DNA of 64,000 bases from positions 1 through 64,000 of the forward strand of contig PXUB01000043.1 in NCBI GenBank assembly GCA_003009755.1, written 5' to 3'. A model generated the notes under the pieces. It was not told the origin of the DNA, made no database searches, and saw only the letters and a program-made list of their open reading frames with translations. The position numbers were made by a program, and so were the translations under genes. The stretch comes from Thermoplasmatales archaeon SW_10_69_26 (GTDB lineage: Archaea; Thermoplasmatota; SW-10-69-26). Positions within the stretch are counted from its first letter, which is position 1, and each line of letters opens with the position of its first letter. Shown piece after piece: positions 38,771 through 48,742 of the stretch.

Positions 38771-39652
38771 GTGGCCCGAGGCTGGCTTCCCGCGGCCTCC
38801 ACCCTGGCGGTGCGAGGTCTGCTCGTCCTGGCCGGCGCCCTCGTCGTCGCCACCGGCGCCTACGCCGTCTTCCACCTGGCGCCCGCCAGCCTCGACCCCG
38901 AACCGGGCCAGACGCAGGCGGTCACCGAACGCGTCGCGTACTGGACCCCCGAGGACGGCCACCAGCAGATCCTGCGCCCCCGCACCGATCACGTCCGCCA
39001 GGACGCGGATGGGCTCGAGCTCGTCCGTCGGTTGCAGGGGACCCATTCCCCACGCGGCGGCCAGTTCCAGGTCGATCTCGGCGACCGCTGGCGGCTGGCC
39101 GAGGAACCGGCCGCTTACGCCGCGTTCCCGCCCACACCGGTCTGGGAGGAACCGCCGGAGACCGTGCACGTCGGCGTCCCCTGGCAGACCGAGGACGGCA
39201 AGCGGATCGGCGGCTTCGACGACTTCCAGCGGCTGCACGAGACCGAACGCGACGGGCTCGCCCTCGTCAAGTACGAGGCTCGCGAACCCAGCCAGTTCCT
39301 CGTCGACGGCGACCAGGTCTGGTTCCGCACCGCCGTGCGGACGGCCCTCGTCGAGCCCGTCACCGGGACCGTCGTCGACTACCACGACGAGGAGACCCTG
39401 TGGACGGCGCCGCTCGAGGGGCCCGACATCGTGCACGAGATCCAGCCTCCGCGCGAGAACCGTGAGAAGGTCTGGGAGGCGACCGTGGAGCCGACGCCCG
39501 CCTCCCAGCAGCAGCGCGTCGAGCAGGCCGAGCAAACGCGCGAGGACCACCTCGAGCACGTGCTCGCGCTCGCGGTGCCCGCGCTCCTGGCAGGCGAGCT
39601 GTTGATGGGTGCAGGCATCACCGGCCGGCCCAAGCGTTGGCTGAGCCGGTGA
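38771..39652 (+). CDS. Membrane-anchored protein, DUF3068/PorA-like
   Basis: TM helices at both termini; RTALVEPVTGTVVD motif. Confidence 0.55.
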   Translation: MARGWLPAASTLAVRGLLVLAGALVVATGAYAVFHLAPASLDPEPGQTQAVTERVAYWTPEDGHQQILRPRTDHVRQDADGLELVRRLQGTHSPRGGQFQVDLGDRWRLAEEPAAYAAFPPTPVWEEPPETVHVGVPWQTEDGKRIGGFDDFQRLHETERDGLALVKYEAREPSQFLVDGDQVWFRTAVRTALVEPVTGTVVDYHDEETLWTAPLEGPDIVHEIQPPRENREKVWEATVEPTPASQQQRVEQAEQTREDHLEHVLALAVPALLAGELLMGAGITGRPKRWLSR

Positions 39653-39789
39653 GGACACCGACGATCGTCCCCCGCCACCAGGTCGGCCCTTGGCCGAGAT
39701 AGGCTCTATGACGGAGAGGAAGCCTTGCACCGAGTTGTCCCTCATCCGCTTTCTATGGGGGCCGGTGAGCCAGGGTTCGGGGAGAAACC

Positions 39790-40923
39790 ATGCGCGATGG
39801 AACAACCACGGCAACGAAGATGCAAGCCCTGGTGGTCGGGCTGATCACAATGTTCGGGCTGGCCCCGATCGCCAGTGCGGGCGCGAGCACCGCCGACGAC
39901 GCCGCCGTCTCGCAGGGCGCGGACGAACCGGCCGAGGTAGGCGCCCAGCCGATGGACGGCGACGGCGAGGAACGCGAGAACGTGACGATCCGCGTGATGA
40001 AGCACGTCTGCACGCCGTCCGTGCAGAACATCGACGACTTCGAGAGCGTCGACCCGAACGGCGACGGTCAGACGACGTTCGCCGACAAGGTCCTGGCCTG
40101 TCCGACCGTCGTGCAGCCGGGCGACGAGTACGTCGACGGCGCCGTCTCGTTCGACGACAAGCACGAGATGCAGTTCGAGATCGAGGACGAGAACGGTGAC
40201 GTGCACACGATCGAGGACGCGACCTTCCAGCAGCAGCAGGTCTGTGAGAGCGAGGACGCCAGCGAGGACGAGGACGCCGCCACCGCCGCCCTCGGCGCCG
40301 ACGTGAGCGGTGACGGCGACCAAGACGACTGCCTGGACACCTCGCTGTACGTCTACGAAGGCGTCGCCGACGGGGAGGTCACCGTGACCGAGACCCAGAC
40401 CCCCGGCCTGACCGAGCCGGGCGCCCTGGAGTTCACGCCCCAGGCGCTGAACCCGAACAACGACGCCGACACGCTGCTCGAGGAGGAGAACGAGGTCTTC
40501 GCCGACGACAACATGGTCGAGCTGCGGACGACGGAGGACGACAACGGGGCCATCACCCTGCACCTCTACAACTTCGCCGTCTGCCCGACCGTGACCGCCA
40601 CCGCCAACGATGGCCCGACCAACCGCCTGTCGTGGAGCGCCGTCGACGAGGCGGACAGCTACCACGTCTATCGGGCCACCGCGGACGGTGAGATGGAGCA
40701 GATCGCCACCGTCGACGGTAACACCACGACCTTCGACGACGGCGACGTCGAGGAGGACGTGACGTACCGCTACCAGGTCACCGCGATGGTGGACGGCGAG
40801 GAGACCGAGGCCTGCAACACGGCCGAGGTCACCGCGATCCCGGTGTTCTCCAGCGGCGCCGCCGTCGCGTCCGCTGCCGTGCTCGGGATCGGCGTCTACG
40901 CGGCCACGCGCCGCACGAGCTGA
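39790..40923 (+). CDS. Secreted acidic protein with an FN3-like domain and a C-terminal sorting signal
   Basis: Signal peptide; LSWSAV...YHVYR...YRYQVTA; ends IPVF + TM helix + RR. Confidence 0.8.
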   Translation: MRDGTTTATKMQALVVGLITMFGLAPIASAGASTADDAAVSQGADEPAEVGAQPMDGDGEERENVTIRVMKHVCTPSVQNIDDFESVDPNGDGQTTFADKVLACPTVVQPGDEYVDGAVSFDDKHEMQFEIEDENGDVHTIEDATFQQQQVCESEDASEDEDAATAALGADVSGDGDQDDCLDTSLYVYEGVADGEVTVTETQTPGLTEPGALEFTPQALNPNNDADTLLEEENEVFADDNMVELRTTEDDNGAITLHLYNFAVCPTVTATANDGPTNRLSWSAVDEADSYHVYRATADGEMEQIATVDGNTTTFDDGDVEEDVTYRYQVTAMVDGEETEACNTAEVTAIPVFSSGAAVASAAVLGIGVYAATRRTS

Positions 40924-41012
40924 CCGGCGCCGCTCGGCCCGCCTAGGGGCCTCCGCACCGCTGCGGGGGCCTCCTTGCTTCTTCCTTTCTCCAGCCTCCC
41001 ACGGCTGTCTCG

Positions 41013-41312
41013 CTATCGCAGCTGGAACCCCTCGTCACGCAAGATGTCCGGGACCCGGTCCGTGTGATCGCCCTGGAGCTCGATCGTGCCGTCCTCGACC
41101 GTGCCTCCGGTCGCCAGTTGCTTCTTCAACCGCGAGGCGAGATCGTCGAGATCGATCACGTCTGTCGAGAAACCGTCCACGATCGTGACGGCTTTCCCGT
41201 ACCGGCGGGACTCGGTCCGGACGTTCAACTGCTGAGCTTCCTTGTCGAGCTCCTCGTCGATGCCGAGCTCTTCGGGAAGGCCTGCGATGCTGGCAAGGTC
41301 GTCGTCTGCCAC
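41013..41312 (-). CDS. sui1: Translation initiation factor aIF1/SUI1
   Basis: GLPEEL, RRYGKAVTIVDG, LKKQLATGGTV, IELQGDH. Confidence 0.93.
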   Translation of the reverse strand: MADDDLASIAGLPEELGIDEELDKEAQQLNVRTESRRYGKAVTIVDGFSTDVIDLDDLASRLKKQLATGGTVEDGTIELQGDHTDRVPDILRDEGFQLR

Positions 41313-41705
41313 GTGAGGTTGTGGCGTACCCCTCACACATGTAGCTTTCGCCGGGCCCCCGAGCCGGACCTCACGACCCGGCGACGACCTGGACCCCGAT
41401 CCCGTTGCCGGAACGCCAGGTGGTAGAGCCCGATCGTCGGCCGGGGGCGCTCGGGAGCCTGCGGGGCGTGCTCAAGCACCAGCTCGAAACCGCCGCCAGC
41501 TGGCGCGAGCACGAGCTCGTCGCGTCCCGCGACCGGCTGCAGACCGAACACGTCCTCGCGGAAGCCCCGCTGGGCGGCCCGATCGGCGACCCGATAGCGG
41601 ACGGCGCGCAGCGGCGATCGCTCGGCCACGCAGCGTGAAGGCCCTGGGCCGGGTTCAGCCCTCGCCCGAGCAAGGCCTTTTGCCGGCGGCCGCGTTGCCC
41701 GGCTC

Positions 41706-42125
41706 GTGAGCTCCTTCCGCATCGTCGAACACACCGCCGACGTCGGCCTCGAGGCCGAAGCCGACACGCTCGAGGGGGCTGTCGTCGCGCTCGTCGAGGG
41801 CTTCGGCGAGCTCGTCTGTCCCGAGGGTGAGGTCCAGGCGAGGGAGGAGCGGACCGTGTCGGTCGAGGCGCCCGACCTCGACGACCTCGTCGTCGACTTG
41901 CTCGACGAGCTCAACTACGTCCACCAGGTCGACCGCTTCGTGCCCGCCGGCGGGACGGCGAGGATCGAGAAGACGGCCGAGGGCTACCGCGTCCGGCTGC
42001 AGGCGACCGGCGAGGGCTACGACCGCGAGGCCCACGGCCACCTCATGGAGATCAAGGCGACCACCTACCACGGCCTCGAGGTCGAGGACGAGCCCGGGCG
42101 GATCGCTGTGCTGTTCGACGTGTAG
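41706..42125 (+). CDS. Archease (RtcB cofactor)
   Basis: EHTADVG, EIKATTYHGL, VLFDV. Confidence 0.95.
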   Translation: MSSFRIVEHTADVGLEAEADTLEGAVVALVEGFGELVCPEGEVQAREERTVSVEAPDLDDLVVDLLDELNYVHQVDRFVPAGGTARIEKTAEGYRVRLQATGEGYDREAHGHLMEIKATTYHGLEVEDEPGRIAVLFDV

Positions 42126-42183
42126 AGCATTTTTCTTTCAACGGGGGCTTGGCGCCTCCCGAGGGGGGACAAAGAAAAATCCT
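42126..42183 (+). repeat. Palindromic element directly after archease (family C, copy 2)
   Basis: ATTTTTCTTT...GGGGGCTTGGCGCCTCCCGAGGGGGG..AAAGAAAAAT. Confidence 0.7.
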
Positions 42184-42504
42184 CGGCAACGATCTGGCCG
42201 AAGCGGCGCTTCGGCCGCTCCGGAGACCGTGACATCAACGTCGGTCGCCGGAAGAAACCCACTCAGGAGCGATGCAGCCCCCAACGGCATTGATCTTGGG
42301 CGCTGTTGGACCTTCGCGCAGGGTCATCGCTGCCTGACCCGTCCCTGTGCGGTCACGATGGTGCCCCGCCGCTGGTCGTCCTCCCTGGGCTCCTCTTCGT
42401 TCCCGCTCTTCGGTGTGTTCCTTCCCCACCGCGTCCGTGGAGCTGATCGGCCGTCACGCAATACCTTGGGCTGCGAGGTCGAGGGTGCGAAGAAAGTGAG
42501 CGGG

Positions 42505-42572
42505 ACGTCCACGCCGGGTCGCCCGTAGCAATCACACTCTACGAGACAGCGGCCGGTAGGTCATACAAAAGA
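42505..42572 (-). repeat. Repeat family A core, diverged inverted copy 3
   Basis: Reverse complement reads TTTTGTATGACCTACCGGCCGCTGTCTCGTAGAGTGTGATTGCTACGGGCGACCCG. Confidence 0.75.
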
Positions 42573-42642
42573 GTAACGGGTAGGGGGGGCGAGGTGAGCG
42601 CCGGCCCGCCCGCGCGTCGGTACCCACCGACCTAACCTTGCC

Positions 42643-43083
42643 TCAAGACAGGGGCTCGCTTTGCAGCGTAGCCTCGACCTCGATCTCGAGCTCGTCGAGC
42701 GCTCCGGACACCGGGCACTGATCCTCGGCGTCCTCGGCGAAGGTTCGGAACTCGTCGGCGTCGATGCCGGGCACGCTGCCCCTCGTCGACAGGACCACAC
42801 GCGTGATCTCGGGGCCCTCGTCCATGTCCAACTCGACCGTTGCGTCCGTCTCGATCGAGTTCGGCTGGTGGCCCTCCCTCGTCAATAGCTGGGTGAGAGC
42901 CATCGAGTAGCAGGCGGCGTGGGCGGCGCCGATCAGCTCCTCCGGGTTCGTGTTGTTCCCCGTCTCGAACCGGCTGGCCGTGTCGTAGGGCGCATCGAGC
43001 ACGCCGGACTCCGTGGACACGTTGCCTCCCCCAGTCTCGAGATCGCCCGTCCATCGAGCCGTACCACGTCGCTTGATCGTCAT
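42643..43083 (-). CDS. osmC: OsmC-family peroxiredoxin
   Basis: W.GDL..G.G, SRFE, TNPEELIGAAHAACYSMAL, CPVS. Confidence 0.93.
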   Translation of the reverse strand: MTIKRRGTARWTGDLETGGGNVSTESGVLDAPYDTASRFETGNNTNPEELIGAAHAACYSMALTQLLTREGHQPNSIETDATVELDMDEGPEITRVVLSTRGSVPGIDADEFRTFAEDAEDQCPVSGALDELEIEVEATLQSEPLS

Positions 43084-43189
43084 GGCGAGACGACGAGACC
43101 GTTTCGCGATGGATGAATCCTCTACGAGGGATGTTTCGCCGGCCAAACGATCGCTGAGCCGGGACGGTGGACGTTGGGCTTGGCACGTC

Positions 43190-43624
43190 TCAGCCGGGGG
43201 TCGGCGTCTGCAGGAACGCCTCGACCTCGATCGCTGGGGACAGGATGCCGGACACCAAGCTCTCCTCGCTCGCCCGGTGGGCGAGCCTCACGAAGCTCTC
43301 CTCGTCGATCGCGTCGGCTCGGCCCTACGTGACGAGCCGGACCGACGTAATCTCGCCTCCGTCGGCGTCGAGCTCGACGTCGGCCTCGGTCCGCACGTTG
43401 TCCGGCTCGTAGCCCTCTCGCTGGAGCACATCGGTCAACGCCATCGAGCAGCAGACGGTGTGGGCGGCCGCGATCAGCTCCTCGGGGTTCCTGTGCTCCC
43501 CGTCGGCGAACCGGCTGGCCGCGTCGAAGGCTGCCTGGAGGACGCCGCTGTCCGTCGACAGGGTGCCCTCGCCGGTGTCGAGGTCGCCTTGCCACCGGGC
43601 CGTCCCGCGCCGTTTGCGTGTCAC
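43190..43624 (-). pseudogene. Second OsmC paralog with an in-frame TAG
   Basis: NPEELIAAAHTVCCSMAL; TAG at 43325-43327; the frame continues GRADAIDEESF...IEVEAFL to TGA at 43190; CPVS is replaced by SLVS. Confidence 0.8.
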
Positions 43625-43732
43625 GGCGACGGCAGAGCTGGCCGCCTCGAGAGTCCTGCACGGTCGGCGCTTGGCGTGGCCAAGCGGTCGCTTGCAACGC
43701 CCGGTGAAGCTAGCCGACCGGCGACCGGGGGC

Positions 43733-44905
43733 TCACCTGTCCAGCGCTTCGCCGCCGATGAGGACCTTGTGGATCTCGTTGGTGCCCTCGTAGATGCCGC
43801 AGATCTTGGCGTCGCGGAAGTACCGCTCGACCGGGTACTCGCTGGAGTAGCCGTTGCCACCGTGGACCTGCACGGCGCGCTCGGTCACGTCCATGACGGC
43901 TTCGGCGGCGTGCAACTTGGCCGTCGACACGGCCTGGGCGTTGTCCTGGCCCTGGTCGGCCATCCAGGCGGCCTTCCAGACGAGCAGGCGGCTGGTCTCG
44001 ATCTGCTGGTGCATGTAGGCCAGGTGCTCGCGCACGAGCTGGAAGTCGCCGATGCGGCGGCCGAAGGCCTCGCGGTCCTCGGCGTAGTCGAGGCTGGCCT
44101 CGTAGGCGGCGCGCGCGATCCCGACAGCGCCGGCGGCCACCGACAGCCGGCCCTTCTGCAGGATCGCGTTCGCGATGTCCCAGCCGTCGCCGATCTCGCC
44201 GAGCATGTTCTCCTCGGGCACCCAGCAGTCGTTCGTGATGAGCTCGGCGGTGTGGCTGGCGCGAAGCCCGAGCTTGTCGTTGCCCATCACGGTGCCGGTC
44301 GAGAAGCCCTCGCGCTCGGTCTCGACGACGAACGCGGCCAGCTGGGACTCCTTGTCGGAGGGATCGTAGCTGGAGCCCTCCTCGCCCACGCGGGCGAACA
44401 CGACCACGTAGTCGGCGCGGTCGCCGTCGGAGATCCACATCTTCTTGCCGTTCAGGCGGTAGCCGTCCTCGTCCGGCGTGGCGGTCGTCTCCATCGCCTT
44501 GGCGTCCGAGCCGGACTCGTGCTCGGTGAGCGCCCAGGCGCCCCGCATCTCGCCGGTGCAGATCTCCGGCAGGTAGCGTTGCTTTTGCTCCTCGTCACCG
44601 AACATCTCCACCGTGTTCCCGAACAGGGAGGTGTTCACGCTGAACGTGGTCCGCAGCGACGAGCACCCGGCGCCCAACTCCTCGGTCAGCAGCGCGTACG
44701 TCAGGTCGTCGACGCCGGCGCCGCCGTAGTCCTCGCCGATCGGCGCGCCCAGCAGGCCCAGCTTGCCCGCCTCGCGGACGACCTCGTCGGGGATCTCACC
44801 CTGCTCCTCCCACTCCTCGACGTTCGGCGCGACGTGCTTGTCGACGAAGTCGCGCGCCGTCTTGCGGATCATCTCCTGTTCCTGGGTCAGCTCGAAGTCG
44901 ACCAT
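43733..44905 (-). CDS. Acyl-CoA dehydrogenase
   Basis: ALTEHESGSD, LNGKKMWIS, KLGLRAS, AVQVHGGNGY, IYEGTNEI. Confidence 0.96.
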   Translation of the reverse strand: MVDFELTQEQEMIRKTARDFVDKHVAPNVEEWEEQGEIPDEVVREAGKLGLLGAPIGEDYGGAGVDDLTYALLTEELGAGCSSLRTTFSVNTSLFGNTVEMFGDEEQKQRYLPEICTGEMRGAWALTEHESGSDAKAMETTATPDEDGYRLNGKKMWISDGDRADYVVVFARVGEEGSSYDPSDKESQLAAFVVETEREGFSTGTVMGNDKLGLRASHTAELITNDCWVPEENMLGEIGDGWDIANAILQKGRLSVAAGAVGIARAAYEASLDYAEDREAFGRRIGDFQLVREHLAYMHQQIETSRLLVWKAAWMADQGQDNAQAVSTAKLHAAEAVMDVTERAVQVHGGNGYSSEYPVERYFRDAKICGIYEGTNEIHKVLIGGEALDR

Positions 44906-45068
44906 GGGCGCACCTACGGCTCGACCAGACGGGGCTCTCTACTTGAAGGGCCGGTGGCGGAGCCCCTGCGAAGACACGCTTGGGCCCCCGGACGGGCGGC
45001 CTGCCCCGTCCCAACCCCGAGTTGGGCAAAACCTTTCTTCCACTGCTGCGTCGAGCCAAGCGGTCGGG

Positions 45069-47114
45069 GTGCTGCCGGAGGAGGCGCTGATCAAGGCCGC
45101 CGCAAGCCTGCTCAGCGGAGCCATCGGCATCTTCGTGCTCGCCAGCTCGAGCCGGCGAGCCGCCAACGTGTTCCTCGCGGCCTTCGTGTTCCTGCTCGCC
45201 GGGAACCAATTCGCCGAGACGATGCGGGTCTTGGGGCTCCCCGGCACGCTGGCGAACAGCTCCTGGTTCCGCATCGCCTCGGTCTTCGCCTTCCTCGATC
45301 CGCTGGCCCTGTACGCCTTCGGGTCGGTGTTCCCGGAACGCAACCGCCTCAACGACCCCAGGCTCCTGGCTCTCGTCGCCTCGTTCTGCTCGGGGTTGGC
45401 GCTTTGCGCGGGCTTCCTCGGTCCCGACGTGTGGCTGGGGACGGCTGGCGACCGGCTGCTGACGGTGTGGGCCTTCGGGACCCTCGCGATCTACGGCGCC
45501 GTGCTCTTCGAAGCCCTTCGCCAGATCCGCGCCAAGCCCGTCGACTCGGCCTACGCCAAGCTCGCCCCCGCCCTGTGCGTGATCACGATCCCGGCGGTCG
45601 CCCGCCTGGGGCGTCCCGTCTGGGGCGCCGTGGGCTGGACGGGCATCCTGCCGCCCAGCTTGCACTTCCTCGCGTTCGGTCTGCTCACCATCGGGATCGC
45701 GGCCTGGGTCGTCGGGACCGCGATCTCGCTCCCGGACGAGGCACGGATCCCCCGCCGGCTGTTGATCGGCGGAGCCGTCGGTGGCCTCCTGTTCGCCGTG
45801 GTCTCCAAACCCTACATCGCGTTCGAGCCGCTCCGGCAGCTCGGCTACAGCCCGGGCGGATGGTTCCCGGACTACGTGAACGGCGGCGGGGACGCGTTGA
45901 AGCTTTTGACCTTCGGCGTGCTCGCGTCCGCGGCCGTGCTGCGGAACCAGATGCTCGACCTCAGCTTGAGCAGCCGACGGTGGGCGGCCCGCGTCCTGTC
46001 GGCCGTGCTCGTCCTCGGCGGCATCGGGATCGTCGCCGTCGCGACCTCGGAGATCCTGGGCGAGGGCGGCCCGCTGGCTCAGCCGGCCATCCTCGCCCTG
46101 TTCGTCGTCGTGCTAGTCTCGACGGAAGGGTTCCGCCGGCTCGTGGACACCATCGGGGAGAAGGCCTACGGCGTCCCACGAGGCTCCCAGCGGGAGGACC
46201 GCATCGACGCCTACCGTGCCGCCGTCGAGCAAGCCGTCGAGGAGGACCGCGTGCTCGGCTCCGACCCGCGATTGCGGCGGCTTCGGGAGGAGCTCGAGAT
46301 CGACGATCGCACCGCCCACGTCCTCGAGCGCATGGCCGGGTCCACCGCCAGCGGCGGTCCGCTGCAACCCGGCGAGACGATCGACGGTCGCTACAGCATC
46401 GATTCCTTCGTCAGCCGCGGCTCGGCCGGCCGGATCTTCCGCGCCCACGACGAGCTGCTCGATCGCGACGTGGCGATCAAGGAGCTGTTGCACGGCGGCC
46501 CTCACGAGAGCGCTCGCGCCCTCGAGGAGGCACGGCTGGCGGGCCGCCTGGAGCACCCGAACATCGTCACCCTCCACGACATCGTCACGTCTCCCGGCGC
46601 CTCCCTGCTCGTCACCGAGTTCGTCCCCGGTCCCACGCTGGCCGATCGTCTGGAGGACCGGGGCCCCTTCGGGCTCGACGAGCTGTTGGACGTCGTCGAC
46701 GGGATCTTGTCCGGCCTGGAAGCCGTGCACGATCAGGACGTCGTCCACGGCGACCTGAAGCCCGCCAACGTCCTCTTGGCCGAGGGCGAGGTCCCCAAGA
46801 TCGCCGACTTCGGCACCTCTCGCGTGGCCGACGGCGGCACCCGACACGCTCTCGGCGACGAGCGCGCCCACGAGGGGACCCCCGCCTACATGGCGCCCGA
46901 GCAAAAGCGGGGCCAGCCGCCGACGGTCGCCTCGGATCTGTACGCCGTGGCCACCTTGACCGACGAGATCGCCGAGCATCCGCTCCCCGAGCCGATCGAG
47001 CGCGTGCTCGGTGTCGCGCGCGCCCGAAACCCCGACGATCGGTACCGCTCGGCGACCGCGATGCGGGAGGCGCTTCGCGAGGCTCAGCGGGCCGACCTCA
47101 CGAGCGGAAGATGA
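45069..47114 (+). CDS. Multi-TM membrane protein with a C-terminal Hanks-type Ser/Thr kinase
   Basis: About 9-10 hydrophobic segments, then RDVAIK, LEHPNIV, HGDLKPANVLL, DFG, GTPAYMAPE, SDLY. Confidence 0.9.
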   Translation: MLPEEALIKAAASLLSGAIGIFVLASSSRRAANVFLAAFVFLLAGNQFAETMRVLGLPGTLANSSWFRIASVFAFLDPLALYAFGSVFPERNRLNDPRLLALVASFCSGLALCAGFLGPDVWLGTAGDRLLTVWAFGTLAIYGAVLFEALRQIRAKPVDSAYAKLAPALCVITIPAVARLGRPVWGAVGWTGILPPSLHFLAFGLLTIGIAAWVVGTAISLPDEARIPRRLLIGGAVGGLLFAVVSKPYIAFEPLRQLGYSPGGWFPDYVNGGGDALKLLTFGVLASAAVLRNQMLDLSLSSRRWAARVLSAVLVLGGIGIVAVATSEILGEGGPLAQPAILALFVVVLVSTEGFRRLVDTIGEKAYGVPRGSQREDRIDAYRAAVEQAVEEDRVLGSDPRLRRLREELEIDDRTAHVLERMAGSTASGGPLQPGETIDGRYSIDSFVSRGSAGRIFRAHDELLDRDVAIKELLHGGPHESARALEEARLAGRLEHPNIVTLHDIVTSPGASLLVTEFVPGPTLADRLEDRGPFGLDELLDVVDGILSGLEAVHDQDVVHGDLKPANVLLAEGEVPKIADFGTSRVADGGTRHALGDERAHEGTPAYMAPEQKRGQPPTVASDLYAVATLTDEIAEHPLPEPIERVLGVARARNPDDRYRSATAMREALREAQRADLTSGR

Positions 47115-47814
47115 GCGTGCTCTTCCCGGCCTGGATGACGTCACCTGGCTCCAGCTCGTGCTCCTCGTCGGCCGACAGCTGGCATCCGTTCACGATGGTC
47201 CCGTTCCGGCTGTCCGGCAGATCGCGGATCCGGTGACCATCGGGACCGGTCTCCACGAGAGCGTTCTCCGCGCTGACGAACGGATCGGAAGGCAAGGACA
47301 CGCTCAGCCCTCGGTTGCGGCCCAGCACCCACCGATCGCGTTCGGCGGGATCCAGGGCGAACACGCGTCCTTCGGGCACGCCCTTGACGAGGACGAGGTG
47401 AGGGCCCTCGGCCTCGATCTCGCCGAGCACGGGGTCGCCCTGCACGGTCCCCTGGCTGGGGTCCTCGGCGGGGGTCAGCCGGGCCAGATCCCGCAGCTCC
47501 TCCGCCATGGCGAACACCCGCTGGTTGTTCAGCATGTACTCAGTCGTCTCCCCGTATTCGCGTTGAGCCTGCCGGGAGACGACCGCGCCCGCGTCCATCA
47601 GCTTGACCAGGTGGCTTTTGACCGTCTGGCGGGCCAGCGGTTTCTGCCGTTCGGCCTCCGGCTTCCGCAGCTCGATCTCCGTCAACGTCTGCGGATCCCG
47701 CAGGAGGGCCAACAGCCGCAACCGGGTCGGGTTGGCCAGCGGATCCAGGTTCTCAGCGAGCCGGACGAGATGCTGATCGTCGGCCGACCTCACGGCATCC
47801 AAGCCCCCGACCAT
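47098..47814 (-). CDS. ArsR-like wHTH + FHA domain regulator
   Basis: LANPTRLRLLALL...RQTVKSHLVKL (HTH); LGR...DPFVS..NA...SRNGTIVN...LEPGDVI (FHA). Confidence 0.88.
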   Translation of the reverse strand: MVGGLDAVRSADDQHLVRLAENLDPLANPTRLRLLALLRDPQTLTEIELRKPEAERQKPLARQTVKSHLVKLMDAGAVVSRQAQREYGETTEYMLNNQRVFAMAEELRDLARLTPAEDPSQGTVQGDPVLGEIEAEGPHLVLVKGVPEGRVFALDPAERDRWVLGRNRGLSVSLPSDPFVSAENALVETGPDGHRIRDLPDSRNGTIVNGCQLSADEEHELEPGDVIQAGKSTLIFRS

Positions 47815-48144
47815 GTCGTGCCTCCCCAAGGCGAACCCATCGACCCCCCATCGGCTTGGGGACCCTTCAGCGTTCGGCTCCCCGCGGGCGCTGCAGACAC
47901 GCCCCGCTGGGAGGCGTCGAGAGCTGAAGGAGAGGGGGATCCACGCCCCGCCTGGGGCGGGCGACGGGGCACCGCGACCGCACGCGAGGCGTGGAGGTGA
48001 TCGAAGGTCGGACCCTGGGGGTCCTCGGACGGAACAGCCCAGGCTCCCTGCGGACCGGGCAGGCCCCAGCCCTACAACCCCATCAACCGGGCGCCCGGCA
48101 CGTCAACCTATGCAGCCACCCGGCTGCCTCCGCGCTCCGCCGGC

Positions 48145-48612
48145 TCAGTCCTCGACCTCGAGGATCGCGCCGATCTCCACCGCCGTGTCCAGCGGAAGCA
48201 CGTTGCACCCGACCGCGAACCGCGAGTGCCGGCCGGCCGGACCGAAGACGTCGCCGAACAGCTCGCTGGCCCCGTTCACGACGCTCGGCTGCTGGGTGAA
48301 ATCGTCCGCCGACGCCACGAAGCCCTCCACGCGCACGACGCGGTTGACCCGCGATAGGTCGCCGACCGCGTCCTTCACGGCGGCGAGGATGTTGACAGCG
48401 CACCGCTGGGCCGCCTCCTTGGCGGCCTCGAGGCTCACGTCGTCCCCGACGCGGCCGGTCGCGAGCAGCTGGCCCTCCTCGTCGGTCGGTAGCTGCCCGC
48501 TCACGTACACCGTGTTCGCCTCGGTCTCGACGGCGGGCACGTAGTCGGCCACCGGGTCGGCCACGTCCGGCAGATCGATGCCCATCTCCTCCAGCTTCGC
48601 CTCGGGGTCCAT
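48145..48612 (-). CDS. RidA/YjgF-family protein
   Basis: PVADYVPAV, VYVSGQLP, VVNGASEL, GRHSRFAVG, LPLDTAVEI. Confidence 0.92.
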   Translation of the reverse strand: MDPEAKLEEMGIDLPDVADPVADYVPAVETEANTVYVSGQLPTDEEGQLLATGRVGDDVSLEAAKEAAQRCAVNILAAVKDAVGDLSRVNRVVRVEGFVASADDFTQQPSVVNGASELFGDVFGPAGRHSRFAVGCNVLPLDTAVEIGAILEVED

Positions 48613-48742
48613 GCGCGGGGGAGTGCCGACCCGCGGCATCAGGCTTGCGGGGCCCGGCGGTGCCAGAAGAGGCTTCGTCCGCGTGGTGGGACCCCGGTTC
48701 CTCTCCGTGGGCTCAAGTAGGCCGACCCGCTCAGCGCCTCCC

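Noticed and set aside
41405-41638. 77-aa ORF between sui1 and archease
   Set aside because: No recognisable motif or RBS; cannot be supported as a gene.
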